NCBI GenBank assembly: GCA_963667725.2
Contig: CAXXHO010000003.1
Span: 672,001-736,000 of the forward strand
DNA: 64,000 nt
Origin: Treponemataceae bacterium
GTDB taxonomy: Bacteria > Spirochaetota > Spirochaetia > Treponematales > Rectinemataceae
Direction of reading: 5' to 3'
Shown: piece after piece, positions 46,576 through 56,893 of the stretch
How the letters are laid out: the number at the start of each line of letters is the position of its first letter
Numbering within the stretch: the stretch's first letter is position 1
Notes under the pieces: generated by a model
Seen by the model: the letters and a program-made list of their open reading frames with translations, nothing else
The model's database searches: none
What the model was told of the DNA's origin: nothing
Made by a program: the position numbers and the translations under genes

Positions 46576-47475
46576 CTAAGCCATGAGGCTGGCGAAAATA
46601 GGGATGGTGAACACCGACAGGATCGTCGTGGCGAAGACGACTTCCGACGCGAAGGACGAATCCGCTCCGACCGATTCCGCGATGACGACGGTCTGGGCGC
46701 CGGCGGGCATGGCCGTCATGATGAGGGCGATGCCCGGGGCAAGCCCCGTCGAGCCGGTGAGCTTGATTATGCCGTACACGGCGAGCGGAATGCAGACGAG
46801 CCTCACCGCGATCGCCACCAGCAGCGCTTTTTCGGGAAGAATCCTCTCCACGCGAATATTGGCTATATTGGCGCCGACGATGAACATCGCGAGCGGCGTC
46901 TGAAGCTTTGCCATAAGCCCCACCGATTCGAGCAGGAAGTTAGGAAGGGAAAAGGGCAGGAACCAGAGGATAATGCCCAAGGAGATCGCGATAATGCCCG
47001 GGTTCAGCAGGATTTTTTTAAGCCGTCCCTTCTCCGCCTTTTCCTGGAAAAGGGAAAGACCGTAGGTGTAGATCAGAATCATGTACGCGACGTTGTAGAT
47101 CGAGGCGAACATCATGCCTTTGGTTCCGGCTATGCTCTGCGCCACGGGCAAGCCCATGAAGGCGGAATTCGTGAATACGGTGATGAAAGACAGCACCTTG
47201 CGCTGGTTATCCGGAAAGCGCCGGTAGGCGAAGGACGCGAGGGCTATCGATGCTCCATGAATGGCGAAAGACCATAAAGCCATTATTCCAAGCTCGGGCA
47301 GCACGGATTTCGGGATGCTTCGATCAAGGCTGACCAGGAACGCGAAGGGGAGGGCGATATTCACCATGAACGACGAGAGACCGCGCAGGAATACCGCATC
47401 GACCGCTTTGAATTTCTTGGCGGCGAAACCGATCGCCATGATGACGAATATCGATAGAATTTTTTCCAGGACCAC
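46576..47475 (-). CDS. AEC (auxin efflux carrier) family transporter
   Basis: IALP, N.AFMGLP, NP, TPLAMFIVG and AMP motifs; very hydrophobic. Confidence 0.88.
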   Translation of the reverse strand: MVLEKILSIFVIMAIGFAAKKFKAVDAVFLRGLSSFMVNIALPFAFLVSLDRSIPKSVLPELGIMALWSFAIHGASIALASFAYRRFPDNQRKVLSFITVFTNSAFMGLPVAQSIAGTKGMMFASIYNVAYMILIYTYGLSLFQEKAEKGRLKKILLNPGIIAISLGIILWFLPFSLPNFLLESVGLMAKLQTPLAMFIVGANIANIRVERILPEKALLVAIAVRLVCIPLAVYGIIKLTGSTGLAPGIALIMTAMPAGAQTVVIAESVGADSSFASEVVFATTILSVFTIPIFASLMA

Positions 47476-47555
47476 CTAACGTCTCCTAGCTTCGATTTCT
47501 CTATCCTATCCCGCAGGTGGTCGCGAGTTCTAGTATGAGCGCGAATGGTCGGGGT

Positions 47556-47957
47556 TTATTTCGGTTCAGCTACCGTTGCCGCCGCCGTATTGGCCGCCAG
47601 GGCGTCCTGTATGAGTTTGGACAGCCTCAGCAGCGTATCGTCCGACAGGGTGTCAACCTTCGATTTCAGCTCTTCCACGGTGGCCAGAGCGGCTTCCAGT
47701 TCTCCGGCCGAAAGCTTCGCGGCTTCCAGATCGGCCGTAAGCTGGGCAACGAGCGTCTTGATGGCCTCGATTTCCTTGATGGCGTTTTCCGCGTTGGTCA
47801 AGGCGGCGCTCATGGAATTCAGTTTTTCGTCGGTGGCCGTTGTATAGGCGGCAAGTTCCGACTTGGAGACGCCGCCCATCGACTTAAGCATGGAAGCGCA
47901 GCCGGTCAGCGACACGATACACCCGATCACGATTATAAATGATACGATTTTTTTCAT
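47556..47957 (-). CDS. Hypothetical coiled-coil lipoprotein
   Basis: MKK + hydrophobic core + lipobox LTGC; heptad-rich helix; GGAGG SD. Confidence 0.72.
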   Translation of the reverse strand: MKKIVSFIIVIGCIVSLTGCASMLKSMGGVSKSELAAYTTATDEKLNSMSAALTNAENAIKEIEAIKTLVAQLTADLEAAKLSAGELEAALATVEELKSKVDTLSDDTLLRLSKLIQDALAANTAAATVAEPK

Positions 47958-48112
47958 GAGAGCCTCCTAGTGCATTGTAGTGCAGGAGTATCTAAGCTTC
48001 AAACATTATCTTCAGGAAAATTAGGCTGATCGTGAAAATTCCTCGATCTTGCGGCAGCGCGGGGCATGAATCGGTTGATTCACGCGCAACGGCTAATGAA
48101 TGCAGCGAATTA

Positions 48113-48186
48113 AAATATAGACAAAGTGTTTAATAGGTCTATTGAAATATAGACAAATACTTGATAGAATACATTCTATGATAGAC
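48113..48186 (+). promoter_or_regulatory. Extended -10 promoter with 32-bp-spaced ATAGAC repeats
   Basis: TTGAAA(48142)-N17-TAGAAT(48165) preceded by TG; ATAGAC at 48117, 48149 and 48181. Confidence 0.65.
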
Positions 48187-48957
48187 GAAAAGCTTATTGA
48201 ATCCAGATCCGGCAACGACCTGGCGCGCGGGTACTACCGCGGCAAAGATGGATCCTCCTTTCACTGTCTCCGTTGTGACGTCATCTTCGAGAAAGGTCGC
48301 GTATATCCCTCAGCCGGCGGCTTTTCCGCGGCCGAACGCGCGATGAAGGAACATGTCGCGGCTGACCACGGGAATCTCTTCGATGAAATTCTCGATATGG
48401 GAAAGGATGCGACGGGGATTCCCGACGCGATGGCGGAAGTGCTGCGCCTTCTCTATAAAGGGAACGCCGACAAGGAAATCGCGACCATGCTGGGCGGGAA
48501 GGCGCCCTCCACGGTGAGGAACCAGCGACGTGCCCTGCGTAGGCGCGAAACGGAAGCCAAGATTTTCCTCGCCCTCATGAAGCTCCTGGACCAGTCCGGG
48601 AAGCGTGTGGGTCGTTTTATAACCTACCCGGCTTCGATGCCCATGCAGGATGACCGCGCCGTGGTGACCGAGGAGGAAGCCCTGGCGATAGAAACCAAAT
48701 ACCTGAAGGGTGACGGGAGCTTGCTGCGGATTCCGCGCAAAGAAAAGGAAAAACTAGTCATTCTCCGCAGGATTGCCGAGCGCTTCGCGGCCGATCGCCT
48801 TTACGACCAGAAAGAAGTCGACGCCATTCTGATCCAGGCCGACGCGGACTACGCGGCGCTCAGGCGCTATCTCATCGACTATCGCTTTCTGGAGCGTGAA
48901 CCCGATGGGAGCGCCTACTGGGTGAAGGGTAAGAAACCTTCTGCCGACCAGGCTTAA
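48178..48957 (+). CDS. DUF2087-domain putative transcriptional regulator (CxxC..H...H, HTH)
   Basis: CLRC...HV...H; DKEIA...PSTVRN HTH; C-terminal P.K.K.K...DYA.LRRYLIDY.FL.R..DG..YW. Confidence 0.8.
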   Translation: MIDEKLIESRSGNDLARGYYRGKDGSSFHCLRCDVIFEKGRVYPSAGGFSAAERAMKEHVAADHGNLFDEILDMGKDATGIPDAMAEVLRLLYKGNADKEIATMLGGKAPSTVRNQRRALRRRETEAKIFLALMKLLDQSGKRVGRFITYPASMPMQDDRAVVTEEEALAIETKYLKGDGSLLRIPRKEKEKLVILRRIAERFAADRLYDQKEVDAILIQADADYAALRRYLIDYRFLEREPDGSAYWVKGKKPSADQA

Positions 48958-48982
48958 AAAAATAAGGCGATTCGCTCCGTGA

Positions 48983-49015
48983 GACTTTTCCCGTCCCGCG
49001 CTGATGGGAAAAGTC
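48983..49015. terminator. Hairpin downstream of the DUF2087 gene
   Basis: GACTTTTCCCGTC-N7-GATGGGAAAAGTC inverted repeat; no T-tail. Confidence 0.5.
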
Positions 49016-49046
49016 AATAACGGATATGTTTTGTCAATATTCCGCA

Positions 49047-49075
49047 TTGCCTATGGACTCTTTGCGATCTAGTCT
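49047..49075 (+). promoter_or_regulatory. Putative sigma70 promoter of xylB
   Basis: TTGCCT-N17-TAGTCT, about 30 nt before xylB. Confidence 0.5.
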
Positions 49076-49107
49076 TCTAGATGTAACCAAGCTCCAGGGA
49101 GTGGCAC

Positions 49108-50595
49108 ATGAAGACAGTCTGCGGAATCGACCTAGGCACCCAAAGCTGCAAAGTCCTCGTCTACGACTTCGAAGGACGGAGGATCGCGGCCCTGAGCCAG
49201 TCTCCCCTGGAGATGATCGCCCGGAACGACGGCACGCGCGAGCAGGAGGCTTCCTGGTATCGCGAGGCGCTCAAGGCTTGTTTCGCGGCGATAGATCCCG
49301 CCCTCAGGGCCACGATCGCGGGGATCGGCGTCTCGGGCCAGCAGCATGGATTCGTGGCGCTGGATGAGAAGGGGTTGCCGATCCGGCCCGTCAAGCTTTG
49401 GTGCGACACCTCGACTGTCGCGGAATGCGCGGAACTCACCTCGGCCGCGGGAGGGGAGGGAGCCCTTCTCGCCCGGACGGGGATGCTCATGCTCCCCGGC
49501 TATACGGCTCCCAAGATTCTCTGGCTGAAAAAGCGCGAACCCGAGGCCTTTGCTCGCCTCGCCCATATACTTCTTCCCCATGATTACGTGAATTTCCTCC
49601 TCACCGGTGAGTACGCGGCCGAGTTCGGCGACGCTTCGGGCACGGCGCTTTTCGACGTGAGGGCGCGAAAATGGTCGGCGCCGATCTGCGCGCTCGTGGA
49701 TAGGCGCGTCGAGGCCTGTCTCCCGCGCCTGCTTCGGCCGGAAGAGCCGGCGGGGCGGGTCGGGGCGGCCGCCGCCCGCGAATTCGGCCTGCCTGAGGGG
49801 GCGATCGTGGCGGCGGGCGGCGGCGACAACATGATGGGCGCTCTCGGCACCGGCACGGTGCGCGACGGCTTTCTCACGATGAGCCTCGGCACCTCGGGGA
49901 CTCTCTACGGATACTCAAGCGCGCCCATCATCGATCCGAAGGGCAATCTCGCGGCCTTCTGCTCCTCGACAGGCGGCTGGCTGCCTCTTCTATGCACGAT
50001 GAACTGCACCGTCGCGAGCGAAAAAATCAGGACTCTGCTAGGCCTTGGCCTCGCCGAGCTAAACGCGCTGGCGGAAAAAGCTCCCATTGGCGCCGAGGGC
50101 CTCGTCGTACTGCCGTTTTTCAACGGCGAACGCATCCCCAACCTTCCCGAAGGCAGGGCAAGCGTCAACGGCGCCACGGCGTCCAACTTCACGAAGGAAA
50201 ATCTTTCGCGGGCGGCCATGGAATCGGCGATCTTCGGCATGAAGATCGGCCTCGATTCCTTCCGCTCACTCGGTTTCGAAGCCAGGGAAATACGCCTCAT
50301 AGGCGGCGGGGCCAAGAGCGCGCTCTGGAGGTCCATGGCCGCCAATGTCACTGGCCTCCCGGTCCGCGTCCCGGCGGGCGAGGAAGCCGCCGCGATGGGC
50401 GCGGCCCTGCAGGCTCTGTACTGCGGCGAGCGCGCCGCAGGAAGGCCGGCCAGCCTGGAAGCCCTGGTCGACGACCATATCGCCATGGACGCGAAAAGCG
50501 CCGTAGAGCCCGATCCCGCGCAATCCGGGCGCTGGGAAGCCGCCTACGCCGAATACTCGAAGTATCTCGGGGCCTTAAGCCCACTGTATGGATAA
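49108..50595 (+). CDS. xylB: Xylulokinase
   Basis: [33 protein letters not shown] and GGGAKS motifs; upstream of xylA. Confidence 0.92.
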   Translation: MKTVCGIDLGTQSCKVLVYDFEGRRIAALSQSPLEMIARNDGTREQEASWYREALKACFAAIDPALRATIAGIGVSGQQHGFVALDEKGLPIRPVKLWCDTSTVAECAELTSAAGGEGALLARTGMLMLPGYTAPKILWLKKREPEAFARLAHILLPHDYVNFLLTGEYAAEFGDASGTALFDVRARKWSAPICALVDRRVEACLPRLLRPEEPAGRVGAAAAREFGLPEGAIVAAGGGDNMMGALGTGTVRDGFLTMSLGTSGTLYGYSSAPIIDPKGNLAAFCSSTGGWLPLLCTMNCTVASEKIRTLLGLGLAELNALAEKAPIGAEGLVVLPFFNGERIPNLPEGRASVNGATASNFTKENLSRAAMESAIFGMKIGLDSFRSLGFEAREIRLIGGGAKSALWRSMAANVTGLPVRVPAGEEAAAMGAALQALYCGERAAGRPASLEALVDDHIAMDAKSAVEPDPAQSGRWEAAYAEYSKYLGALSPLYG

Positions 50596-50605
50596 GGAGA
50601 ACGCA

Positions 50606-51949
50606 ATGACTGACTATTTCGTCGGGACGAAGGAATACTTTCCGGGCATCGGCCGCATACCCTTTGAGGGCCCGAAGAGCGACAACCCCCTCGCCTTCAA
50701 GTACTACGATCCGGAGCGGAAGGTCGGCGGCAAGACGATGAAGGAACAGCTTCGCTTCGCCGTCGCCTACTGGCACAGCTTCTGCGGCGACGGCCTGGAT
50801 CCCTTTGGTTCCCCGACGCACTTTTTCCCCTGGAACGACCAGCCTGCCACGCCCATGCAAGCCGCCGAGCGGAAACTCGACGCGGCCTTCGAGTTCTTCA
50901 CCAAACTGGGCGCCGAGTACTACTGTTTCCACGACCGCGACATAGCGCCCGAAGGCTCTACGCCCGCCGAAAGCGAGAAGAATCTCCGGCACATAGTGGA
51001 GCTCGCGGGCGAACGCCAGGCGGCCACGGGAGTCAAGCTCCTCTGGGCGACCGCCAACATGTTTTTCAACCCACGCTTCATGAACGGGGCGGCCACCAAT
51101 CCTGAATTTCCCGTCGTCGCCCACGCGGCCGCCCAGGTCAAGGTTGCGATCGACGCGACGATAGCCTTAGGCGGACGGGGCTATACCTTCTGGGGAGGCC
51201 GCGAGGGCTATATGAGTCTCCTCAACACGGACCTGAAGCGCGAGAAGGAACATCTCGCCCAATTCCTGACCATGGCGCGCGACTACGGCAGGAAGCAGGG
51301 ATTCAAGGGCATGTTCTACATCGAGCCGAAACCCATGGAACCCATGAAACATCAGTACGACTTCGATGTCGAGACAGTGGCGGGTTTTCTGCGCGCCTAC
51401 GGCCTGGAGAAGGATTTCCGCATCAACATCGAGGCTAATCACGCGGAACTGGCGGGCCACGATTTTTACCACGAACTGGAGACCGCCGTGTCGATGGGCT
51501 TCTTCGGCTCAGTGGACGCGAACCGCGGCGATCCGCGCAACGGCTGGGACACCGACCAGTTCCCCTCGAGTCTACAGGAGACGACGCTGGCCATGCTCGC
51601 CATCCTGAAGGCGGGCGGCTTCGTCACCGGCGGCCTTAACTTCGATGCCAAGATACGCCGCAACTCCGTCGACCCCAGCGATCTCTTCGAGGCCCACATA
51701 GGCGGCATGGACGCCTTCGCGGCGGGCCTCGTGGCCGCGCAGCGGATCATCGAGGATGGCAAACTCGCCGCCTTCTTGAAAAACCGTTACACGTCCTTTG
51801 ATTCGGGCGCAGGTGCGGAATTCGAGCGCGGCGAGCTGTCGCTGGAAACCCTCGCCGGATTCGCCTCAGCCTATGGCAGGGACGGAATCACCTCGGGCAA
51901 GCAGGAATGGCTGGAAAACCTCATCAACAGCAATATGTTCAATCTTTAA
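50606..51949 (+). CDS. xylA: Xylose isomerase (class II)
   Basis: [34 protein letters not shown] and NFDAK motifs. Confidence 0.96.
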   Translation: MTDYFVGTKEYFPGIGRIPFEGPKSDNPLAFKYYDPERKVGGKTMKEQLRFAVAYWHSFCGDGLDPFGSPTHFFPWNDQPATPMQAAERKLDAAFEFFTKLGAEYYCFHDRDIAPEGSTPAESEKNLRHIVELAGERQAATGVKLLWATANMFFNPRFMNGAATNPEFPVVAHAAAQVKVAIDATIALGGRGYTFWGGREGYMSLLNTDLKREKEHLAQFLTMARDYGRKQGFKGMFYIEPKPMEPMKHQYDFDVETVAGFLRAYGLEKDFRINIEANHAELAGHDFYHELETAVSMGFFGSVDANRGDPRNGWDTDQFPSSLQETTLAMLAILKAGGFVTGGLNFDAKIRRNSVDPSDLFEAHIGGMDAFAAGLVAAQRIIEDGKLAAFLKNRYTSFDSGAGAEFERGELSLETLAGFASAYGRDGITSGKQEWLENLINSNMFNL

Positions 51950-52014
51950 TCGTCGAGGCGCGCATGCTCGTCGCCGAGCGCGGAGCTCGCGGCAAATCGA
52001 TTGCCAGGAACGCG

Positions 52015-52096
52015 ATGCACGCGAGTGCATATTGTGTCTTGCGCGTTTGAAAAAGCGGGTGTAGGATTTTATTGAGTAAAATGCACGCGTGTGCAT
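52015..52096 (+). promoter_or_regulatory. Promoter flanked by two LacI-type palindromic operators
   Basis: ATGCAC-GCGA-GTGCAT (52015-52030) and ATGCAC-GCGT-GTGCAT (52081-52096) around TTGCGC-N17-TAGGAT (52039-52067). Confidence 0.75.
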
Positions 52097-52135
52097 AAAA
52101 CAAGATCGTGCATAAAGCCAATGAGGAGGATCGAG

Positions 52136-53308
52136 ATGATAGAAGCCAGCGCGGACGCGAAAAATATCCATAAGTTGCGCTACGGCATGGTGGGCGGAGG
52201 GCAAGGCGCCTTCATCGGCGATGTCCACCGAAAAGCGATTAATCTTGATGGGCTCGCGATCCTCGCGGCTGGCTGCTTTTCGCAGAACTATGAAAACACC
52301 CTCGCTACGGGCGCCTCTCTTGGATTGCCCGCCGAGCGCTGTTACCGCGGTTATGAGGAAATGGCTGAGAAGGAGAGCACCAAAGGCGATGCCATCGATT
52401 TCGTCGTCATCGTGACGCCGAACGCGCTTCACTATCCCGTAGCCAAAGCTTTCTTAAGCCGAGGAATCAACGTTGTCTGCGACAAGCCCCTCACCTTCGA
52501 GGTAGCTGAAGCTCAGGAATTGTCGGAACTCGCCAAAAAGAAAAAATTGCTTTTTTGCGTCACCTATACCTATACGGGATATCCCGCCGTCAAACAGGCG
52601 AGGGAAATGATAGCTCACGGCGACATCGGGGAAATTCGTTTCGTGAACACCGAATACCCCCAAGAATGGCTTGCCACGCCGAGCGAGAAGGAAGGATCCA
52701 AACAGGCCGCCTGGAGGACGGATCCCAAACTCGCCGGAAAATCCAATTGCGTGGGCGACATCGGGAGCCATGCGGAAAACTTGGTCTCCTATGTGACGGG
52801 GTTGAAAATCAAATCGCTCTGCGCCCGTCTCGATACTTTCGTGAAGGGCAGAGCGCTCGACGACAACGCCACGATCATGACCGAATTTGAAGGCGGGGCA
52901 AAGGGACTCTATTGGGCGAGCCAGATCGCCATAGGCTGTGACAATAGCCTAAAGATAAGGGTTTTTGGCACGAAGGGGAGCATCCAATGGTCGCAGGAAA
53001 ACCCCAACTACCTCGGCATATCCCGGCTCGGCGAGCCGAGCCAAACGCTCTCACGAGGGAGGGACGCCTTCTATCCGGGCGCCCAGGCCTATTCTCGAAT
53101 TCCGTCAGGCCATCCCGAGGGCTACTTTGAGGCCTTCGCCAACATATACAAGACCTATATCGGTGCGCTTGCCTTGCTAAAGGCGGGCAAAAAGCCCAAG
53201 GCCGAGGATTTGGATTTTCCGACCATTGAAATGGGCATAGACGGTGTGCGCTTTATCGGCAAATGCGTGGAAAGCTCCCAGAAGGGCGCTGTCTGGATCA
53301 ATTATTGA
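52136..53308 (+). CDS. Gfo/Idh/MocA-family oxidoreductase
   Basis: GMVGGG, TPN..H, CDKP, WR and DIGSH motifs; GAGGAGG SD. Confidence 0.9.
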   Translation: MIEASADAKNIHKLRYGMVGGGQGAFIGDVHRKAINLDGLAILAAGCFSQNYENTLATGASLGLPAERCYRGYEEMAEKESTKGDAIDFVVIVTPNALHYPVAKAFLSRGINVVCDKPLTFEVAEAQELSELAKKKKLLFCVTYTYTGYPAVKQAREMIAHGDIGEIRFVNTEYPQEWLATPSEKEGSKQAAWRTDPKLAGKSNCVGDIGSHAENLVSYVTGLKIKSLCARLDTFVKGRALDDNATIMTEFEGGAKGLYWASQIAIGCDNSLKIRVFGTKGSIQWSQENPNYLGISRLGEPSQTLSRGRDAFYPGAQAYSRIPSGHPEGYFEAFANIYKTYIGALALLKAGKKPKAEDLDFPTIEMGIDGVRFIGKCVESSQKGAVWINY

Positions 53309-53318
53309 GGAGGGAATC

Positions 53319-54308
53319 ATGTCGAGACCAGTGACGATTTTTTCCGGCCAGTGGGCCGATCTTCCTTTCGATGAATTTTGTGGCAAAGTGAAATCTTTTG
53401 GCTACGATGGCGTGGAAATCGCCTGTTGGGGCGATCATATGGATGTGAAGCGCGCGGCCACCGATCCCGCCTACATCGCCGGACGTAAAGCCATTCTCGC
53501 CAAGCATGGTCTGAAGTGCTGGGCTCTCGGCGCTCATCTTGCCGGTCAGTGCGTGGGTGATCTCTGGGATCCCCGCCTCGACGGCTTCGCCCCCCCGGAG
53601 TTCAAGGGCAATCCTGCCAAAATCCGCGATTGGGCTATTCAGGAAATGAAGTATACGGCTCAAGCCGCCAATGCCATGGGCTGCAAGGTAGTGACCGGTT
53701 TTATGGGAAGCCCCGTCTGGAAATACTGGTATTCATTCCCCCAAACAACCGATCAGATGATCGATGACGCTTTCGCCGAAATCGTAAAACTTTGGACTCC
53801 CATCCTCGATGAATTCGACCGTCGCGGCGTGAAGTTCGCTCTCGAAGTCCACCCAACCGAGATCGCTTTCGATTATTATACGGCCGAACGCCTCCTCGCG
53901 GAATTCGGGAACAGGCCTGCCCTCGGCTTTAATTTCGATCCCTCCCATCTTATCTGGCAAGGCGTGACGCCCCACATTTTTCTCCGCGATTTCGCTTCCA
54001 ATATCTACCACGTCCACATGAAGGACGCGGCGGTCACCCTCGACGGCAAGGCGGGCATTATCGGCTCCCACCTAACCTTCGGCGACACGAGGCGGGGTTG
54101 GAACTTCCGCTCGCTTGGCCATGGGGACGTGGATTTCGAGAATATCATCAGGGAACTCAACGTGGCCGGCTACCAGGGGCCTCTCTCCGTCGAGTGGGAG
54201 GATTCAGGCATGGAAAGGGAATATGGAGCCAGGGAAGCCTGCGAATTCGTCAGGGACATCGATTTCGCCCCTTCGAATCTCGCTTTCGACGAGGCTCTGA
54301 AGCAGTAA
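53319..54308 (+). CDS. Sugar phosphate isomerase/epimerase TIM barrel (IolE-like)
   Basis: GQWADLP, ALEVHP, FDPSH, HVHMKD and SVEWED motifs. Confidence 0.88.
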   Translation: MSRPVTIFSGQWADLPFDEFCGKVKSFGYDGVEIACWGDHMDVKRAATDPAYIAGRKAILAKHGLKCWALGAHLAGQCVGDLWDPRLDGFAPPEFKGNPAKIRDWAIQEMKYTAQAANAMGCKVVTGFMGSPVWKYWYSFPQTTDQMIDDAFAEIVKLWTPILDEFDRRGVKFALEVHPTEIAFDYYTAERLLAEFGNRPALGFNFDPSHLIWQGVTPHIFLRDFASNIYHVHMKDAAVTLDGKAGIIGSHLTFGDTRRGWNFRSLGHGDVDFENIIRELNVAGYQGPLSVEWEDSGMEREYGAREACEFVRDIDFAPSNLAFDEALKQ

Positions 54309-55805
54309 ATGGAAACTCTAGTCAGGACCGAGGGGGTCTCGAAGGAATTCTCCTCAGTGCGGGTGCTCGATAATATCTCAGTTGAGATCAGGGTGGGGGA
54401 GGTCTTCGGCATCATCGGAGAAAATGGGGCTGGGAAGTCCACCTTCATCAAGATCCTCTCGGGCCTCTACGAACCTACGGCCGGCAAGCTCTGGTTCGAC
54501 GGGGCGCCCATGGAAATCCGCGGCCCGGCCGATGCCCGCAGAATAGGCATTAGCCTCATTCCCCAGGAATTCAATCTCGTCGCCGATCTCTGCGTCTATG
54601 AGAACATTTTCCTGGGCGAGGAGCTGTTGGAGAAGGGAGGCTTTCTCGACCGAAAAGCCATGATTGAAAGGACGCGCCTCCTCCTCGCCGAACTCAATGC
54701 CTCATCGATCGATCCCGAGGCTCGTATCCAAAATCTCTCGGTGGCCCAAAAGCAGATGGTGGAGATCGCCAAGGCCACAGCCTACGATTCCCGCCTCCTC
54801 ATCATGGACGAGCCGACTACCGTGCTCACGAGCAAGGAAATCGAGGTCCTTTTCAGGCTCATGGAGCGGTTGAAGGCGAAGGGCGTCACTCTCGTCTATA
54901 TTTCTCACAAATTAAAGGAAGTGAAGAGGATCTGCGACAGGGTGATGGTGCTGCGCGACGGGGCCTTTATCTGCCTCGAGGAAGCCGCGACCATGGAGAT
55001 CGACGAAATGGCCCGTCGGATGGTCGGCCGCGAGCTCAAGGAGATATTCCCGGAAAAGAAACCGGCCCAGGATGGCGTGGCGCTCTCCGTCCGGAAGCTC
55101 TGCGTCGAAGGCTTGCTTTACGATGTCAGTTTTGAATTGCGCAAGGGCGAAATCCTGGGCTTCGCCGGCCTCATTGGCGCGGGGCGCACCGAAGTCGCCG
55201 AAACCATCATGGGATTGAGGAAGGCTGACTCGGGCGAAATCTTCATAGACAGCGCCGCATTGAAGGTGAAAACTCCCTCCGACGCGGTGAAGGCGGGCAT
55301 CAGCTATCTTTCCGAGGACAGACAGGGAGCAGGTATCCTGACCGCCTTCGACCTTATCGGCAACACGACCCTCGTTTCGCTCGGGGATTACGCCACACCG
55401 CTTATCGATCGCAAAAAAGAAACCGAAAAGACGGGCTTTTATGTCGACCGTTTCGCGATAAAAGCGTCCTCGCTTTATGCGCGGCTCGAACAGCTTTCGG
55501 GCGGAAACCAGCAGAAAATATCGCTGGCTAAAAGCATCGACACGAATCCTAGGATCATCATCGTCGACGAGCCCACGCGGGGCATCGACGTGAAGGCGAA
55601 GCATGACATCTACGCCTTCATTCGCGAACTCGCTGATTCGGGCCTCTCCGTCATTTTCATCTCTTCCGAATTGGAAGAACTCATTGGCATGTGCGGCCGC
55701 GTGCTCGTGATGAAGGAAGGGCGAATCGCGGGCGAACTTTCCGGAAGCGAAATTAGCGAAGAGGAAATCATGTACTTCGCCACCGGAATCAAGGGAGGAC
55801 TATAA
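54309..55805 (+). CDS. Sugar ABC transporter ATP-binding protein (RbsA-like)
   Basis: GENGAGKST, MDEPT, LSGGNQQK and DEPTRGIDV motifs. Confidence 0.93.
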   Translation: METLVRTEGVSKEFSSVRVLDNISVEIRVGEVFGIIGENGAGKSTFIKILSGLYEPTAGKLWFDGAPMEIRGPADARRIGISLIPQEFNLVADLCVYENIFLGEELLEKGGFLDRKAMIERTRLLLAELNASSIDPEARIQNLSVAQKQMVEIAKATAYDSRLLIMDEPTTVLTSKEIEVLFRLMERLKAKGVTLVYISHKLKEVKRICDRVMVLRDGAFICLEEAATMEIDEMARRMVGRELKEIFPEKKPAQDGVALSVRKLCVEGLLYDVSFELRKGEILGFAGLIGAGRTEVAETIMGLRKADSGEIFIDSAALKVKTPSDAVKAGISYLSEDRQGAGILTAFDLIGNTTLVSLGDYATPLIDRKKETEKTGFYVDRFAIKASSLYARLEQLSGGNQQKISLAKSIDTNPRIIIVDEPTRGIDVKAKHDIYAFIRELADSGLSVIFISSELEELIGMCGRVLVMKEGRIAGELSGSEISEEEIMYFATGIKGGL

Positions 55806-56810
55806 ATGGCTGCATCCGCGCCAAGAAAATTCAGCTTTGAGAAATTCGCGCCCCTTGTGGCCCTGGGTGCGCTGGTGGTCGTCTCGACCATACTCTACCC
55901 GCGCTTTCTGGAGCCTCGTAACCTTCTCAACATCCTGAGGCAGGTCTCCTACACCGGCATAATCGCCCTGGGCATGACCTTTGTCGTCATCTCCGGCGGC
56001 ATAGACCTTTCGGTGGGCTCCATGACGGCCCTCGCCGGCTCCTGCGCCATCCTCGCGCTGAACGCCAGCACCCAGGCACTCATGACCTTTGAACCGCGCT
56101 GGCTGGGAACGGGACTCTGCGTGCTCGCCGCCGCCGCGGCGGCCCTGGCGGTTACCCTCGTCGCGGGCTTCTTCAACGGCTTTCTCGTCACCAAGGGCAA
56201 GATAGCTCCCTTCATCGTCACCCTGGGCTCGATGGCCATATTCCGCTCCCTGACCCTCTACATCGGCAGCGCCGGCGAATTCAGATCTCAGAATTCCAGC
56301 TACGGGGACATGGGCATGTCATCCATTCTCGAGATTCCGCTCCCCGTGTGGATTCTATTTGGGCTGGCGGCCCTTCTCTCCATTCTTCTCGACCGGACCC
56401 GCTTCGGGCGCTATGTGTGCGCCGTAGGCTCGAACGAAAAAGTGGCCAAGTACTCGGCCATAGACATCGATAATATCAGACTCCGGACCTATGTCATCGT
56501 GGGCATCATGGTCGCGATCACCGCGGTTCTCATTTCGGCGCGCCTCAACTCCATAAGTTCCACGAACGCGGGCAAGGATTACGAAATGGACGCGATCGCC
56601 GCCGTCGTGATAGGCGGCACGGCCATGACCGGAGGCCATGGCTCGATTTGGGGCTCGGTCGTCGGCGCGATCATCCTGGGTATCATCAACAACATGCTCA
56701 ACATGCTCGGCGTTTCACCCTATCTTCAGGGCCTGGTGAAGGGCCTCGTGATCATCGGGGCGGTCTTCATCCAGAGGGGTTCTTCCAAAAGCAAGCGCTC
56801 AGGTCTTTGA
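55806..56810 (+). CDS. Sugar ABC transporter permease (RbsC-like)
   Basis: GGIDLSVGS, PFIVTLG, AVGSN and YEMDAIAAVVIGG motifs. Confidence 0.93.
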   Translation: MAASAPRKFSFEKFAPLVALGALVVVSTILYPRFLEPRNLLNILRQVSYTGIIALGMTFVVISGGIDLSVGSMTALAGSCAILALNASTQALMTFEPRWLGTGLCVLAAAAAALAVTLVAGFFNGFLVTKGKIAPFIVTLGSMAIFRSLTLYIGSAGEFRSQNSSYGDMGMSSILEIPLPVWILFGLAALLSILLDRTRFGRYVCAVGSNEKVAKYSAIDIDNIRLRTYVIVGIMVAITAVLISARLNSISSTNAGKDYEMDAIAAVVIGGTAMTGGHGSIWGSVVGAIILGIINNMLNMLGVSPYLQGLVKGLVIIGAVFIQRGSSKSKRSGL

Positions 56811-56893
56811 CCAGGGAAGATTCGGGAATCGGGCCGTCGGCCTATGGTCCCCGATTTCAATAGTGTACGTGCTAGGTTTTTAAGGAGGTTTGT

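Noticed and set aside
48113..48186. 32-bp periodic repeats as a mini-CRISPR or iterons
   Set aside because: Only 6-13 nt are conserved per unit, no cas or rep genes are nearby, and the repeats coincide with a promoter
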